DNA of 64,000 bases from Azolla caroliniana (GCA_043228905.1 JBHGNT010000009.1:9486001-9550000); one strand, 5' to 3'; positions 1 to 14,479 are shown, counted from the stretch's first letter. The notes: generated by a model not told the origin, from the letters alone. Program-made: numbers and translations.

Positions 1-241
1 CAGATAAAGATGTGGATATGATGTGTAAACATTTAATTATGCAATGATTATTTCTATGGATGACAAATAATGGTGTAGTTTGTCGTTTTGACCTCAAATG
101 TGAACCTCAAAGATATTATCATATATATATATATAGGATATTGGTTCATGTCTATAAATACTTGATAGCAAGTTCATACAAGTTATGTTAGTTAAACCTT
201 GGTGTTTTTTGAGAAGACAATTTTAAATATAAAAGTCAAAG

Positions 242-475
242 TTGGACTAAATCTAGATAAAACTTAACCATCCCACCGATATACATCAATATACTTGTAT
301 TACAATGGGGGATGAATAAAGGATATTCTATCAAAACGGTTTTATATGATCATCAATCCAATTTGGACTAAATCTAGATAAAACTTAGACCGTATCATCC
401 CATAAATATACTTGTATTACAATGGGGGATGACTAAAATATATTGCATCAAAACGGTATTATATGATCATCAATC
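242..475. repeat. Diverged tandem duplication, ~120-bp unit (242-357, 363-475)
   Basis: Both copies start TTGGACTAAATCTAGATAAAACTTA, share AATATACTTGTATTACAATGGGGGATGA and end TTATATGATCATCAATC. Confidence 0.85.
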
Positions 476-1226
476 AAAAGATCTTCACGAAGAGAGTCGA
501 CAGACTTTCAAATAGCTCAATATTGTGGTGTGAGGGCCATGGTAAAGAATACAATCAAAAGCAATTCAAAATACATAACCTATTAATTATCCTGCTAACA
601 AAATACATGTACCATAATCATCAAAGACATAATATTCTATGGAAATCAATCACATGAAATTATCTCTCACTAGCTTTACTAATGCAGTGAGAGTGAGTCC
701 ATTGGTGTCATCAATAATCCTTCACACCAATACTCTTCAGAACACCCGGGCCTGTGGTTTTTATGTATTTTAATGCTCCGGACTACAACTTTACATAGAA
801 CAGTGTGAGTGCTTTCGTTTTCAATTGATTTTTTTCTTGATCCATTTATTTTTCCCCTTCTTTTAGTCAAGAAGAATAGTTAACCTTGTTCACCATCACA
901 ACCGTCTCCGTCTCACTATGTAATCAACACGTGTTGGAGGGGTACGGTGAGATGGTTTTTTTCTTTTTAATTCGAGAAAATCCTTCCCGATTTCAGCAAC
1001 CTGCCACTCGATAACGTTGTTCTTGAATATTGAATGAGCGCATTGTTACGTAGAGATAACATTATAGTTATACATGTTTAAAGAGAGAAAGGTTTGCTGC
1101 TACTTACATGGAGAGAAGAATTTCCATTGAGAGAATGAAATGAACAAGATGTTCTATTCATATTCCAAAACCTCAAAAAGAAAAGAGAGAACAAAACATT
1201 AACAAAGATAGCAGTTAGCTACATCA

Positions 1227-4200
1227 TCAAGCTTCACTAGCTATCATTAGGAGGTTCTTAACAAGTTCTTTAAGTCTCTGCATTATCTTGTTCTTTTGCT
1301 CATCCTCACTATTTGATATCCCCTCTTCCATTCTTCCATCAATCTGCTTATTTATCTCTTCACAAACCTCTTGATTAGTCTGGGAAAGTGTTATTTTCAA
1401 GCACCTCCTTGGTGATAATAACCTTGTATAAACAATGTCTAACGCACCCAATGCGTTGGAATAGTCTTCCACCTTCAACGACATAAGAGCTTGCCATAAA
1501 AAGAGTGATGATATGCCCTCTAAAATCATTGAATCTCCCCTTCTGAGTAGCTTGCTCACTTCATTGAGAAATTGTATGGAAAAACAAGACTTTTTATCTC
1601 TTTTAGTATTAGCTGAACTCCCTTCTTCTTGAGAAGTTCTTGATTCTTCCTCTCTATCTTTGGCTTCAGCACTTCTCATTATTTCATAGGCAGACTTGGT
1701 GAAACTTGCAACCCATGGCCTCAATAATCTCTTACCAATCTGATCATTAGAAAAAGCATAAAAGCTATGAAGAGAAGCATCCATAGGTTTAGCCATAGCT
1801 TTAACTGAAGATGATATGCTTATAAAAATGTCTGGGATCCAAGGTTTGATAGAAACCAAGAATGATGTTGCTGCCTTTGGGCCGAAGAAAGCATCGCTAT
1901 ACATGAGCAGATCTAGAAGATCATTGGCTATTTCTGAATATTGTATGGCCCGTCCAGTGTCATTCCTTAGGCTTATATAAAGCATTCTTGCACCATGAGT
2001 AGCTGCGTCTCTAACACATGACTGCATATCTTTCCATTTAGAGCTGCATTCTTTCTTTCCACCTTTGAATTCTTCCCCTTCCCAAGATTTCAGCCAGTCC
2101 ATAGTCCAGTGTAATAGCTTCATTATGAGCTCTGACCAAGACTCCCAAATAGTGTTATCTTTCACCAAGTTAAGAGAAAAGAAATGTGACAAACATTCTA
2201 GTGAAGCATTGGATAATTTAATTCTGCTTAAGAACACATCAACCTCAGATGAGCTACAAGAGCTTGAATCATCTGCATTTTACATAGATTTACACAGATT
2301 AGAACCCGAATGAATCTTCTAAAAGTTTGTTTTCTCCTAATGCATATTGCATATTTACAGATAGTTACCACAGGTGGTATTATTGGATATGTCGGTCAGT
2401 GGTTCTCTCTGTCGAGATCTTAAGCTCTTTGTATGTTTGATTTTCTTTTCTATATTTGCTATTGGACTGCTTGGAACCAAGAAATTTTGCAGACCCATAG
2501 ACCAATCAATCACGTCTTTGCAAACACTTGTAGTATCCTGATGCACAAGTTTGCACTACATAAGCTTGAGGTTTCAACATTAAAAAAAAGAGAGAAAATG
2601 CCCAACATCCCTGAATTTTCATTTATTTCCTCGAATGCCCTTGTATTTTTGCTATTTCCTGAGCCCATGGTCAATCCCCCTTTGAGAATGTATATTTCCT
2701 ACTTCACCAATGTATGGTCACGTTCGAACCAGTTTTCTCAATGATATGAGCTATTTGAGATAGCAATTACATGAGCAAACCCATCCCGTTCTCTCTCTCT
2801 CTCTTTAGGGGCTTGTCTAGGGGCATTTAGGGAAAATAATGAAACTTTTGGGGCATTTGGAGAAATATAGAAAATTTAGGGATGTTTCTGAGCTTTCCCA
2901 CTAATCAAAGAAATAAGGGGAGTCATACACCAATGAATGCCATCGTCACTTACTAGCTGCTCTTCTGAAGTAGAATTAGAAGCTACTTTTTTACCACTTC
3001 TTTTTGAAAGAGTCATATGGATTGTAAGCCCTGTATAAGCTCTAATCGGAGATACTTTTAAGTAGTCCGAAACCTGACAATCTAGGTTGTTATGCATAAC
3101 AGAATCAGCTGTGTTCTTTAGAGCTGAGACCAAAACAGGAATACATTCATGGGCGAGAAGGGCATTTCTTGTTTCTTCCATTTCCAAGAGGTTATCCACA
3201 TGCCATGCTGCTCGGATAGCACTTTCGAGATTCTTGATAGACTGCTCACCTTCTGAAACACTACTTATTTTCTTTCCTCTTGCTGAATTACATTTTTTGT
3301 TCATAGAATTTGTCCAAGGAGATTTGCTACCCTTGCTTTGAGACCTAGTTCTCTTTAATGATTTCCCAGTGCTTGATGACAAGTGAATCATTGAATCTGA
3401 TGTTCTGGGAGCAACTTGAATGAGAATCTGGATGAGTGCATTAATAAGATCATTGAAACCTCCCCATGCCAACATCAAAGAGTGAACAGCTCTTGCTTCA
3501 TTACAATCCAAAGGATTAAGAGAATCATTTGCAGAGTTCATTACCAGATGACTACAATATTCAAAGAGTTCAGGCACATCTTTTGGAGTCATAAGAGAGA
3601 CCAACTGCACAATAGAGGTTCGCAATGCAGAAGTAGTAGCATTAACTAGTAACGACTTCAAAGTTTCTCTTGTGAGAAGAGTACCCAATAGCGTCTTGAG
3701 TTCTTTCTCATTTGCAAGACTATGGCAGAGCTTACTTAAGGCTAGAAATATACCTTCTCTTCCTTCAACATCTAACCCGTTCAGAGAGATTAATTGCGCA
3801 ACAAAGAACTTCACAAGTTCCAATAGTGAGTATAGAGGAGCACCTTCCATCATTGCCAATTCACAAAATCTTGCCCCTGCATGTGGAGACCTCTTTACCA
3901 ATGCAATGCAACGATTACATGCTTGAGCAACTGGGACTTTTGTAGGGAAATAAGATGGAATAAGAAGTCTGGTAAGACGCCTTGCAAGTGGAGGTTTATC
4001 ACTTTCAAGAGCAGATAATAGTGTTTCCAAACCTACAACCTGAAGCAAAATAAATCACTAAGAGAGCAAAGACCAATTTCCACCACAATGTGCAAATGTG
4101 ATGCTATGCAAATTAACTAAGGAGTATATAAGATCAAAATTATTTGTCTTCCAGAGGATCAAATAGTGATGATATCCCCTCAGACGAATGTTGTTATTGT

Positions 4201-6300
4201 TGTTATTCTGTTCTCAAGACGTGTTGGAAACAATGTGATCATTCAATTTCGTTCACAAATCAATTCCAGATTATATCGCAAAATGAACAAAGGATCGTAT
4301 ACCTTGAGGAATGGGATCGAACGGATGCCTTTAATTGCAAGAAGCATATCCACAATTGCTATTCTCACTGCAAGGTTACAATCAGAAAACAAAGACCCTA
4401 GACGTGGGAGAAGAGCTTTTGACAATTCATGGCTAGCTGGATTATCTAGTAAATACGTAATGCCTTGCAGGACAGCACACCTAACAGAAGCATTGGACTT
4501 ATCTAGAGATGTCTCATCAATTAGTTTAGAAAGAAGCTTCACAGTCGTAGTAGGTGATACCACCTCCCAAAACAACCTAAGGATCCGACAGACACCTTCA
4601 ACTGCCGTGATTCTTATGTCCGGACATGGATCGGTTAATAACTTCTCTAAGAAAACAAATTGTTTATCTAACAGAATGCCATTCTCTTCTTTTGAAGCAT
4701 TCGGATCTTCCAAAGGAAACATATCGATCAGCAAAAGTAATGCATTCCGACGCACATTCGAGTTAGCTACCTGTCCAATCAAGCAAAAAAAATATTGGTT
4801 GTACAAGACATCACATATATATCAGCATGTGATGCAATGGCTATTATTTGCAAACGAACTAGAATAACGAAGGAACAAGGGGATTTAGAAGTGAACAAAT
4901 TATCACAACAGGAACTCCCAGCTCAAATTGTATTCCAGCTATTTGTCCATAGATAAAAAAACCTACAACTTCTTTTCCAATTAATTTAAATTCATAAATA
5001 AAGGTACACCAACTATTTTTTTATTATGAATGCAGGCTGTACAGTATCTTTTCAATAGCTAAACTTCACAAAACCAGTGTTAATAAAAATAGTAAAAAGG
5101 TCAAATATTTCCCTTTCAACGCCTAACCAAAAGTATGGATAAAAATTAAGCTGCATTCACAAAACCCTACAAATAAGTCGGTTTGTCAATCAAAGAAATA
5201 TATACAGCAAGAAAACTATGTACCTGTAGGGACCTGAATAGTATAGGTTCTTGAAGACGGAAAAGAAGAGCTTCCACACCTTCTTGTGTCCTTTGTGCAG
5301 TAAATGATACCAAGATCTTACGGATTGAAGATGCTAATGTTTTAGAGGAAGCATAGACAGCACCTTCAATTAAACTTTGCATACAAAACTCTTCAATTAT
5401 ATCACGATTACAATTATCACTTGCTGTCTTCCATGCTCGGAACAGTATCTCACCATACGCTTCAAGAATAGACTTCCTTCCAAAAGGGATTTGAGATTTT
5501 ACGATCACTATGAGCTCTTTGGTGAGTTGACCATTGATGTTGAATAGGAAAGTGATGAATCGGCAACCATCAGTTGAACGGAGATATGCTGGTGTAAGAA
5601 CACATCTCATTAGAAGGTGTTTGAGATCTTCTATGCTCTCATCCATGAAATCGAAGAGTGTAAAAGCTTCCCTCATGTTATAGACTCGATGCACATGAGC
5701 CTTTCTACCAATTTCTAAGGATTTAGAGAGTAAAAAAGGAAGAGATTGTGCAATGAGTGATTCTCGACCAGGAAGATGATCTTTCCACCATGTTTCACAT
5801 AATGTTGCAATGATGTCTTGTAGCTCGATGTCATCTTCGAAGAAAACAAGTTGATCGTGTAAGGTTTGAACTGTAGGAAACAAATCGCATGGCTGAAAAG
5901 CCTTTTTAGGATGACAGAGAGCTAGATGAGTTACCGTCGCACATGCCTTCAGATTAGACAAAATGAAATCTTTCCTGTTTATCCTACCTCTACCTTTCTC
6001 TGGAGAAGAAGCTAAGGAAGAAATATTGCAAGCTCTTCGTCTTCTCTTTCTTTTCGGAGAAGGTGTCTTGAATTCATCAATGTCATTCTCATATTGAGAG
6101 TTGTCAAGGTTCTGAAAAGCTTGAACCTGAAGGTCAGAAAATGCAGAGAGAGATCCACATAGTCGTATGGCTTGATCCTTGGAGCTCCTATGGATGGCTG
6201 CCTTTAGAGAAGCTTTATTAGGTCTGGAGTTATACCTGACCACTAAGCATAATAGCTCGTCTGGTGATGAATCCAAAGCATTGTAGTAGGCTTCCTCCAT
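1227..6300 (-). CDS. CAP-G2: Condensin-2 complex subunit G2, ~1281 aa. Exons 6300-5224, 4770-4303, 4039-2954, 2537-2369, 2272-1227; alternative in-frame ATG at 6327
   Basis: Motifs LFRLQEPILFRSLQVANSNVRRNA, FPLEDP and LLIPSYFP match plant CAP-G2/NCAPG2. GT-AG junctions join in frame (3846 nt including stop). Confidence 0.9.
2592..2900. mobile_element. Degenerate Mutator-like MITE inside CAP-G2 intron 3
   Basis: Left AACATCCCTGAATTTTC...AATGCCC matches the reverse complement of the right end (AACATCCCTAAATTTTC...AATGCCC). The right end finishes TTTCCC. No TSD is readable. Confidence 0.5.
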
Positions 6301-9300
6301 CTTGTTAAGGAAAAGGGAAAAAATCATGCAAGTCTCTTAGCAGATCTTTGACCTCTATACTGTATTTTTGGCAGAATCTAAGCTTCCATTGAATTTAGTT
6401 GAAGCAAACTTTTTCTACAAATGCCCTCGGAATCTTTACCTGGAAAACTATAAATTTTAGAGGAATTTAATTTTTCATGTCATCTTGTTGAAGCAATTCT
6501 TTTCTGCAAAATTTGCTTACAGGTTTTATAGATCGAGATCCATATTTGGGCACAATGAAGGCTTCCATGTCAACTGCTAAAACCAACTAATTTGCTGCCA
6601 TAAAAAACAGAAATTTTGCCTCCACAACTGTGCTTTACTTCTGATGCGTGAATGGAAGGAAGGAAGGAAGGACGGTACTTACTTCTGATGCGGCGTAGAG
6701 AGAGAAGGATCTGCGTCTTCTTCTTCTTCTTCTTCTTCTTCTTCTGCGAGAGCGTGTACACGTCTGTGTGTTTGGGAGGGAAAGAGATTTCGAATGCTCT
6801 CTGTGTATCTTTCAATTTTTGGTTGCATATGACAAACCAACGGTCGATCGAGAGAGAAAGAAAGAAAGAAAGAAATATGTATGTAATTTATAAACGTCTT
6901 CTAAGACCAAATTTGGCCCATGAGACACTTTTGATTACAAATTATTAGCATAATGAGAGAGCTAGCTTAAGGTTGTGGTCCGTGGAGGTGACGTCAATGA
7001 ACACGTAATGGAATGAATGGTCGGGATGAGGCGTGTATTTGTCCTGGCCATCTATTTGTTGGGCCGCAGACCACAAGACACTTCGTCTCGTTTCGTCTCG
7101 CAAGAATATATAGTATATATTGCAAGTTTAAATTGGTAAGTATGTACTCGTAGCAACAAGCTTCGTAACGATATCTAGCAAGTTAAAATTGGTGGTATGT
7201 ACGGGTAGCAACAATTGAAATAAAGAACCCATAAACATACACTTACTTGGCATGCATTGTGGGCCTCTTATCAATGCTCATAATTGAGCGACAAACACTA
7301 ACTCCCAAAAATATGCCTATCTACTAAGCTAGGATCGTAGGCCTCTAACGGCCTATCGATTCTCGTGGATCCAACTCACCAATCCAGCCCTCGCCTTGTT
7401 CAGCCAATTCGGCCCATGTTGAGCTTGCTCGCTCAACACTCCCCCTCAAGCTCAACTTGAGGTCGATCTGTCGACTTGTTCATCTTCGACTGAAACCCGG
7501 GGGGTTGGACCATATACACTTGTTCTTCAAGGTCACCTTGAAGAAACACATTCTTCACATCCATTTGGTGGAGATGCCACACCCCCTTTCCGTTGCAATT
7601 GCCAGCACCATTGTCATCTTCGCGACCGATGCGAAGGTCTCATCGTAGTCGATTATGTGGGTCTACACATATCCCTAGGCCACCAGTCGGGCCTTGTACT
7701 GGTTGATTGAATTGTCGACATTATACTTCATCTTATACACCCATTTGTAGTCCATCGGTTTGAAGTGTCAGGGGGGATCAACCAGGTTCCATGTGTCATT
7801 GGCATCAAGTGTCCACATTTCTTCCTCCATAGCAGTACACCAATTCACATCTTTTGCCACTTCTGTGTAGCTCTCCGGCTCACGCACTTCCGCCACCTTT
7901 GGCATGTAAGCATAATGGTGCGCCATGTACTCATTATATCCATACCGCATGAGGGGGTTCTTCTGGTGGGTAGATCGGCGTAGCTTCTGATTTGCTGATT
8001 TTAAGGCTCTCTTGGCCGACTTGGACTTTGTTTCTGAAGGTCCGTCTTCATTCTTTCTGGTGTTGGACTCACTCTGATCCGACTCTTCTTTGTCGATGTC
8101 GTACTATGACATCTTCTTCTTCATTTTTTCCTTATGCGTGTACCGTCTCCTTGGTTCCTTGTGCGGGGAGTGCACGACCGAGTCTCCAATACTCGTCGAC
8201 TCATCATTCGACTAGTCGTTCCGACTTAGTCCCTCAATCCGCCTATTAGCCAGAATGAGATCAAACTCTCTTCTAGAGCTCCGATGTCTTCTTTTTCTTC
8301 CTCCCAAATCATATTGGGCTCATTGGCCTCATCCTCAGTGATCGGGTGGTCGTAGTTGTCAAGAGTCGGAGTCGGAGTCGATAGGGAGTACCAGGTTGCC
8401 GACTCGTTGAATTCAACATCGCAACTTACTCAAACTTCTTTTGTTCGGGGGTTATAACACTTGTACCCCTTTTGCTCCTTTGAGTAGCCAAATAGTATGC
8501 ATCTATCCGACTTTGGTCCAACTTTCTCCTCTTCTCACTAGACACATGCACATATGCTAGGTTGTTGAACACCCTTTGGTGTCTTAAGTACGGCTTTTGC
8601 ACAAAATACAGCTCAAACAGCTTCAACCCAGTAAAATTTAGGCATGCTCTTCTCCTCTAGCATTGTCGTGTCGTTTCCACAATTGACCAATTTTTCCTCT
8701 CGGTTACGATGTTCTGTTCCAACGTATATCAACAACTCAATTCTCGTCGAATTCCCATTTGTTGTAGGTAATAGTTAAACTGGCCGGAAAAGTATTATTT
8801 TCCGCCATCCGACTGTAGGCACTTGATCTTTTTCTCTATTTCCCTTTCGACTAAACTTTGAAGGTTCTGAAAACAGTCAAAGACTTCACTTTTCTTCTCA
8901 ATGAGATAGATCCATGTATGTTGGCTATAGTCGTCGATGAAGGAGATGAAGTATTGACTCCTATCTAAGCTCATGTTCTGTGTCGGTCCCCATACATCCG
9001 AATGTATCAAGTCGAGCTTGTTTTGGCTCCGGTTTCACTCATTGGGGAATAGACGTCGGTGTTGCTTCCCTAGCTTGCATACTTGGGCTTTCCGGCCACT
9101 AAACTTTGGCAATCCGAACACTACTTGTTTCAATTGTAGTTCTTGAAGCCTCTGATAGTTGACGTGGCCTATCCGCTTATGCCACAAGTCGATGTTTGAA
9201 CCAAATTTTTGCCCTTTTGCAAATAGAGTAGTGCCAACATCATTGGTGTCGAGGATGAACATCCTCCCTTCTCGACGCCCTTGCACAATAATCTTGCCCT

Positions 9301-9826
9301 GTTCCTCGATGAAGCACCTGAGGTGGGTGAATCGAACTTGCATTCCTTGGTCGACGATCTATCCGACTGGCACCAAGTTCTTTGTAATTATCGGGACGTG
9401 CAAAACATTCATGAGTCTCCCCTTCTGTCCAACATGACTACCCCTGATTGTGGAGGGTTCAGAACTACTGTCGGCACCACCTCTATGCCTTCTTTCCTGC
9501 TCTTATCAGCCACCACCATTGCGTGCCAATCCACCTCGTCTGCCACGCCCAGGGGGCCGATCCGCCTCTGTGTACAACATCTGGTTCTTTGATTGAGTGG
9601 TCCTAAGTCGAAGAAGGACGATGGCTTCCCCCATGTGCATATTGCCATCCGGATTGACATGTACCTCTGCGCTAGACCACCGAGGCAGATATGTACCATC
9701 TCATCTTCATCCACCGTCACATTGATGAATCCCATGGCGTCATATATCTCCTTTATTTTGGTGGTGTAGTCAGCGACCAACATATCCTCTTGCTAGATAT
9801 TGTTGAGCTCTTGCCAGAGCTGTAAC

Positions 9827-10968
9827 ATATGCAAAAGGAAATGATCGCACATGATCAAGTCACCTTTCTGAGCATATTTTCCACATGCATTCATGAAGCC
9901 TAATTGGAAGAAGGCCTCGATTGGTTTGAGACAAGTGTTATAAATTTTCAAATCTCATCAAGCATTCAACTCGATGGTTGTAGGATCGATCTTTTTGAAT
10001 GATTTGGAAAGTTAGCTAAGGCAGAAGACCTTATTTTCAGCAGGCCTATAGTGCCTGATGCTCAAGTTTGGAACACTTTTCTTGGTGCATGCAAGGCACA
10101 CGGTGATGGTATCAAAGGATTGTTTGCAATGAATCATGCCATGAACATGGAACCTAAAGATGCAGCACCTTACATTTCTCTGTCAAATATGTATGATGGA
10201 GGGAGATTGGATGTGAAGGGACCAAATAAAGTTCTGGTGAAAATGTGAACATTGTTCTGGATGTGAAAAGTCTGATTCATGAAGTTAAAGTTTGTTTATG
10301 CGGAGACATTTCTGGAATCTATTTACATGAAATATCTAGTGTGCTAGAATTCTGGTTTTTTATTTGCCACAATTAGTTTTGTTTTTGTCTCAAGCACATT
10401 TGAAAACCAAAAGAGTTTTGGTTTCATAACTTCAAATGGTTGTGTTCTTAAAAGCGATGTCGAAGGCGATGTTGAAGGAAAATCATATTGTTTGTGAATA
10501 AGGTAAACTACAATTGTGATGGGCTCACAATGTTTGAAAACTAAAGCACTTGACAGGGAAGGGTATGCTAAGGTGTCCCAGAAAAGAAATTTGATGCAAT
10601 GCAATGTGATGCTAACAAGGCGAGGTCAGACTGTGATTTGAATACTGAATCCTTACCACATTGCTACAGTGAAAGATGCAAGACCATATACTTAAGGAGC
10701 AATTTGACATTGAATTTTTCTACCAAATTGTGAGGGTTAAAAATGCAGGACCATGTACTCAAGCAGCAACTTGAAAATTGAATCCTACTACCAAATTGCA
10801 ATACTCAACTACGCATCATCTTGGATGTGCTCATTGGAAGCATTCTAGTTTATATGAATGCAACATGTGGAAGTTTATCAGATGCATATAAACTGTTTGA
10901 TGGGCTAAGAGTTAAAACTGTAGTTTCTTGGTCTATTGTTATTGCAAGGTATCAAGAACATGGAAATG
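9827..10968 (+). pseudogene. PLS-class PPR (E subclass) gene fragments, with stops, in permuted order
   Basis: 9827-10248 encodes MQKEMIAHDQVTFLSIFSTCIH..DLF..GKLAKAEDLI..PDAQVWNTFLGACKAHG..YISLSNMY (P2-L2-S2-E). 10821-10968 encodes DVLIGSILVYMNATCGSLSDAYKLFD..VVSWSIVIARYQEHG (S plus start of P2). Confidence 0.85.
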
Positions 10969-11100
10969 AGATATTGTTGAGCTTTTGCCGGAGCTGCAAC
11001 TTCCGAGCCTTGGTCCTTGTGGCAAAAATCTTTTTTAGATTTTCCCAAGCCTCCTTCAGTGTTTTCGCCTCTTTGATGTAGCCCAACATCTAATTGTGCA

Positions 11101-11511
11101 TGTTGAGAATCAAGCTCAGCTTGTGTGAAGATGTGCTTATGAAGAAAAGGACAATGTGTGAAAAAGTGTGTGAACACACTTTATTGTACTTCGTGTAGTT
11201 GTCGAGTGTGTGTGAGCACACTTTATTGTAATCCATGTAGTGGTCGAGTGTTAATGTGGTCAAAGAATAATATTAGATATTCTTATGACAAAATCGTACT
11301 CAAGTGGATATTCTGGTTAGATTCCACCAACACATTTAATATGGCAGTCCCTTGAGGACTTGTATATAAAACCCCCTTTGGCCATTTTTGTTTTATTGAT
11401 GATCTTTAGTTAATTAATATAGCTCTCTTAAGTGCATACGTTATCATCCCCCTATTGTGTGTTTTCTTATTTTCTGGTTATTCTCTGTAATTCCTTCTCT
11501 TGCTTATACAT

Positions 11512-11543
<32 letters not shown>

Positions 11544-14479
11544 TACGCTTCTGAATACTAAACTCTACTAGAGTTAGATTCTTTACATGGTATCAGAGCG
11601 TGAGGGTTAGAGATCCTTCACTAAGCTCTACCATTGAAACTGTGTGAGCAACTAGAGACGTTATTTTAAGACCTGTTATCGTCACTACAGTTTTGCACAA
11701 CAAGAGGCTCACATTAACAAGATCATACGAATCAAGCTAAATCAAAACAATGAATGCACATATGGGTAGTGCACTTCCAACAGAGAAGTTGGACAGGCAC
11801 AACTACGCATCTTGGGAATATACGATGCATCAATACCTAGTTGGGCAAGGGTATTAGAGTTATATCGAGGGAGCTCAAGAAACAACCCCCAATAGTACAA
11901 ATCCCAACTACCCCACATGGCAACAAGGCGCCAGTAGGGTGATGTATTGTTTGGCAACATGTGTGCAAGATCACATGTTAAGCTATATTCGTGATGCGAA
12001 ATCCCCATCAGAATCGTGGAAAAACTTGAAGAAGATTTTCGCGGTTTCAACCATAGCGAGAAAACTTCAACTCCGGCAGGAGTTGAACAATATTCAGTAG
12101 GGGGATATGTCTGTGATGGACTACACCCTCCGGATCAAAGACTTATGCGATTCACTTGGCTCCATCAATGTCGCAATTGATGATGACGAGATGGTGCATA
12201 TCTGCCTTGGCCACCTTGCACAAAAATATAGCTCATTTCGAACTGCCATAACAAGGGAGAACACCCCAAGTTTTTTCGACTTGCAATCCATGCTAATGGT
12301 TGAGGAGAACCATACACGGTCGAAAAGCACGACATTTGATGGGTAAATGCTATACACATGATGATCTCGGTCGAGGTCACGGTTGTGGTCGTGGAAATCA
12401 GGGGAGGAATGGCCGAGGAAGAGGTGGACGATGTCCACAACAATTTAATTTTCGTTGGGATTCGCCGAGAATTCTCTTGCCGGGAATTCACCGGGAATTC
12501 TCTTGCCCATAAACACCACTACAAAACGGTGTTCTTAAGCGGAAGAATCACACAATTCTTGAGATGGTACGTGCCATGCTGCATGAGAAGAACATGCCCA
12601 ATATCTGTTGAGCAGAGGCAACAATTACAATTATGTATCTCATCAATAGGTGCACGACCGAGGGTGTCCATGACAGCACCCCTCACGAGAAGTATTTTGG
12701 GACAAAGCCAGACCTTTCGCGCATGAAGGTTTTTGGTAGTATTGCATTTGTGCATGTACTCGATGAGAAGCGGAGAAAGCCTAACCCAAAATCGGTGGAG
12801 AAAGCCTCACCGAGACACAAAAGATTAAAAAGTAGCTTTTAGAGAAGTTCGAGATGAAGGATCTGAATGACTTACATTATTTTCTTAGCATCGAGGTCAT
12901 TCAAACTCCATAAGGGTTCCTACTCTCAGAACAACACAATGTGTTGAACTTGCTCTACAAGTTCAGAATGACCTAGTGTAAGTCCATCTCAACACCCCTT
13001 GATCAAAATATGAAGTTAACTACGGATTTTGGAAAATTCTGCGAGCCGACACAGTATCGCAAAATAATTGGGAGTCTTATCTACTTAACTATCACCCGAC
13101 TAGACCTCAACTATCCGGTCGGGGTTCTTAGCCAGTTCATGGAAACCCCCCATGGCACTCACATGAATTGTGTTAAACGAGTGTTACGTTATATTAGTGG
13201 AACACTTGATTATAGTATCTTCTATAAGCGTGGAGTACCACTTCGACTCGAAGGCTTCACGGATGTTGATTGGGCAGGAAATGCATCTAATAGGCGATCC
13301 ACTTTGGGATTTATGTTTTCACTCGGTAGTCGAGCAATCTCTTGGAGTAGCAAGAAATAACCAACAGTCGCTCTATCAAGCACTAAGACGGAGTATAGGG
13401 CCACAACTGTAGCTACTTGCGAAGCTATATGACTTAAAAGATTGCTGAAAGACTTCAACAAATTGGTGAACAAGCCAATATTGATCCGTTGCGATAATCT
13501 TAGCAGCATCTAGCTCACAAAGAATCTGGTGTTTCATGCCCGGACTAAGCACATCGAGGTGCATTATCATTACATCTGTGAGCGCATAATGGTCGACGAC
13601 ATTGACCTCCAATACGTTGGCACCAACAGGCAGGTGGCTGATATTTTCACTAAGGCACTAGGTCTCGACAAGGTACGACAATTCTCAGTGGATCTAGGCC
13701 TTAGACCACTCGATATGTTGAGCTTGGAGGAGTGTACAAGTACAAAGACAAAGGAAAACATGGAGAATCAGCACCATACAAGAGGAAGAGTGAGACCGCG
13801 ATCGACAAAGTAAGGCTGACACATCTAATCCAACTTGACCCGGCAAGTTAGAGGAAGACTTTCCAAAGCCCAGATTTTTTTAAGTTAGAGATAAACCCGA
13901 CCCTGTAGGCACCCTTGACAAGCTTGAAATTTTGGATCGGCAATATCGACATTGCTAGATCAAGATCGAGTACATAGGAACAATGGGAAAACCACGGTCT
14001 AGTAGTCCAACCAACTGCAGTCGGGTCTTGTGAACATGTGCTTATGAAGAAAAGGACGATGTGTGAAAAAGTGTGTGAACACACTTTATTGTACTCCGTG
14101 TAATTGTTGAGTGTGTGTGAGCACAATTTATTGTAATCCGTGTAGTTGTCGAGTGTTAATGTGGTCAAAGAATATTAGATATTCTTATGGAAAAATTGTA
14201 CTCAAGTGGATATCTTGGTTAGATTCCACCAACACATTTAATATGGCAGTCCCTTGAGGACTTGTATATAAAACCCCCTTTGGCCATTTTTGTTTTGTTG
14301 ATAATCTTTAGTTAATTAATATAGCTCTTTTAAGTGCATAAGTTGTCATCCCTCTACTGTGTGTTTTCTTATTTTCTGGTTATTCTCTCTGTTTCCTTCT
14401 CTTGCTTATACACTCACTCTCTCACACACACACACTACGCTTCTGAATACTCAACTCTATTAGAGTTAGATTCTTTACA
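11101..14479 (+). mobile_element. Ty1/copia element B, internally deleted, nested in the gag of element A
   Basis: TG...CA ends with 5-bp TSD GTGCA (11096-11100, 14480-14484). LTR homology 11124-11587 vs 14030-14479. PBS TGGTATCAGAGC at 11588. Remnants of gag, RT (YRKIIGSLIYL) and RNase H (FHARTKHIEVHYH). Confidence 0.9.

Noticed and set aside
892-956. Imperfect inverted repeat ACCATC...GATGGT
   Set aside because: Short and mismatched, with no TSD.
7122-7214. Short diverged direct repeat (GCAAGTT.AAATTGGT...GTAGCAACAA)
   Set aside because: Ordinary local duplication with no further structure.
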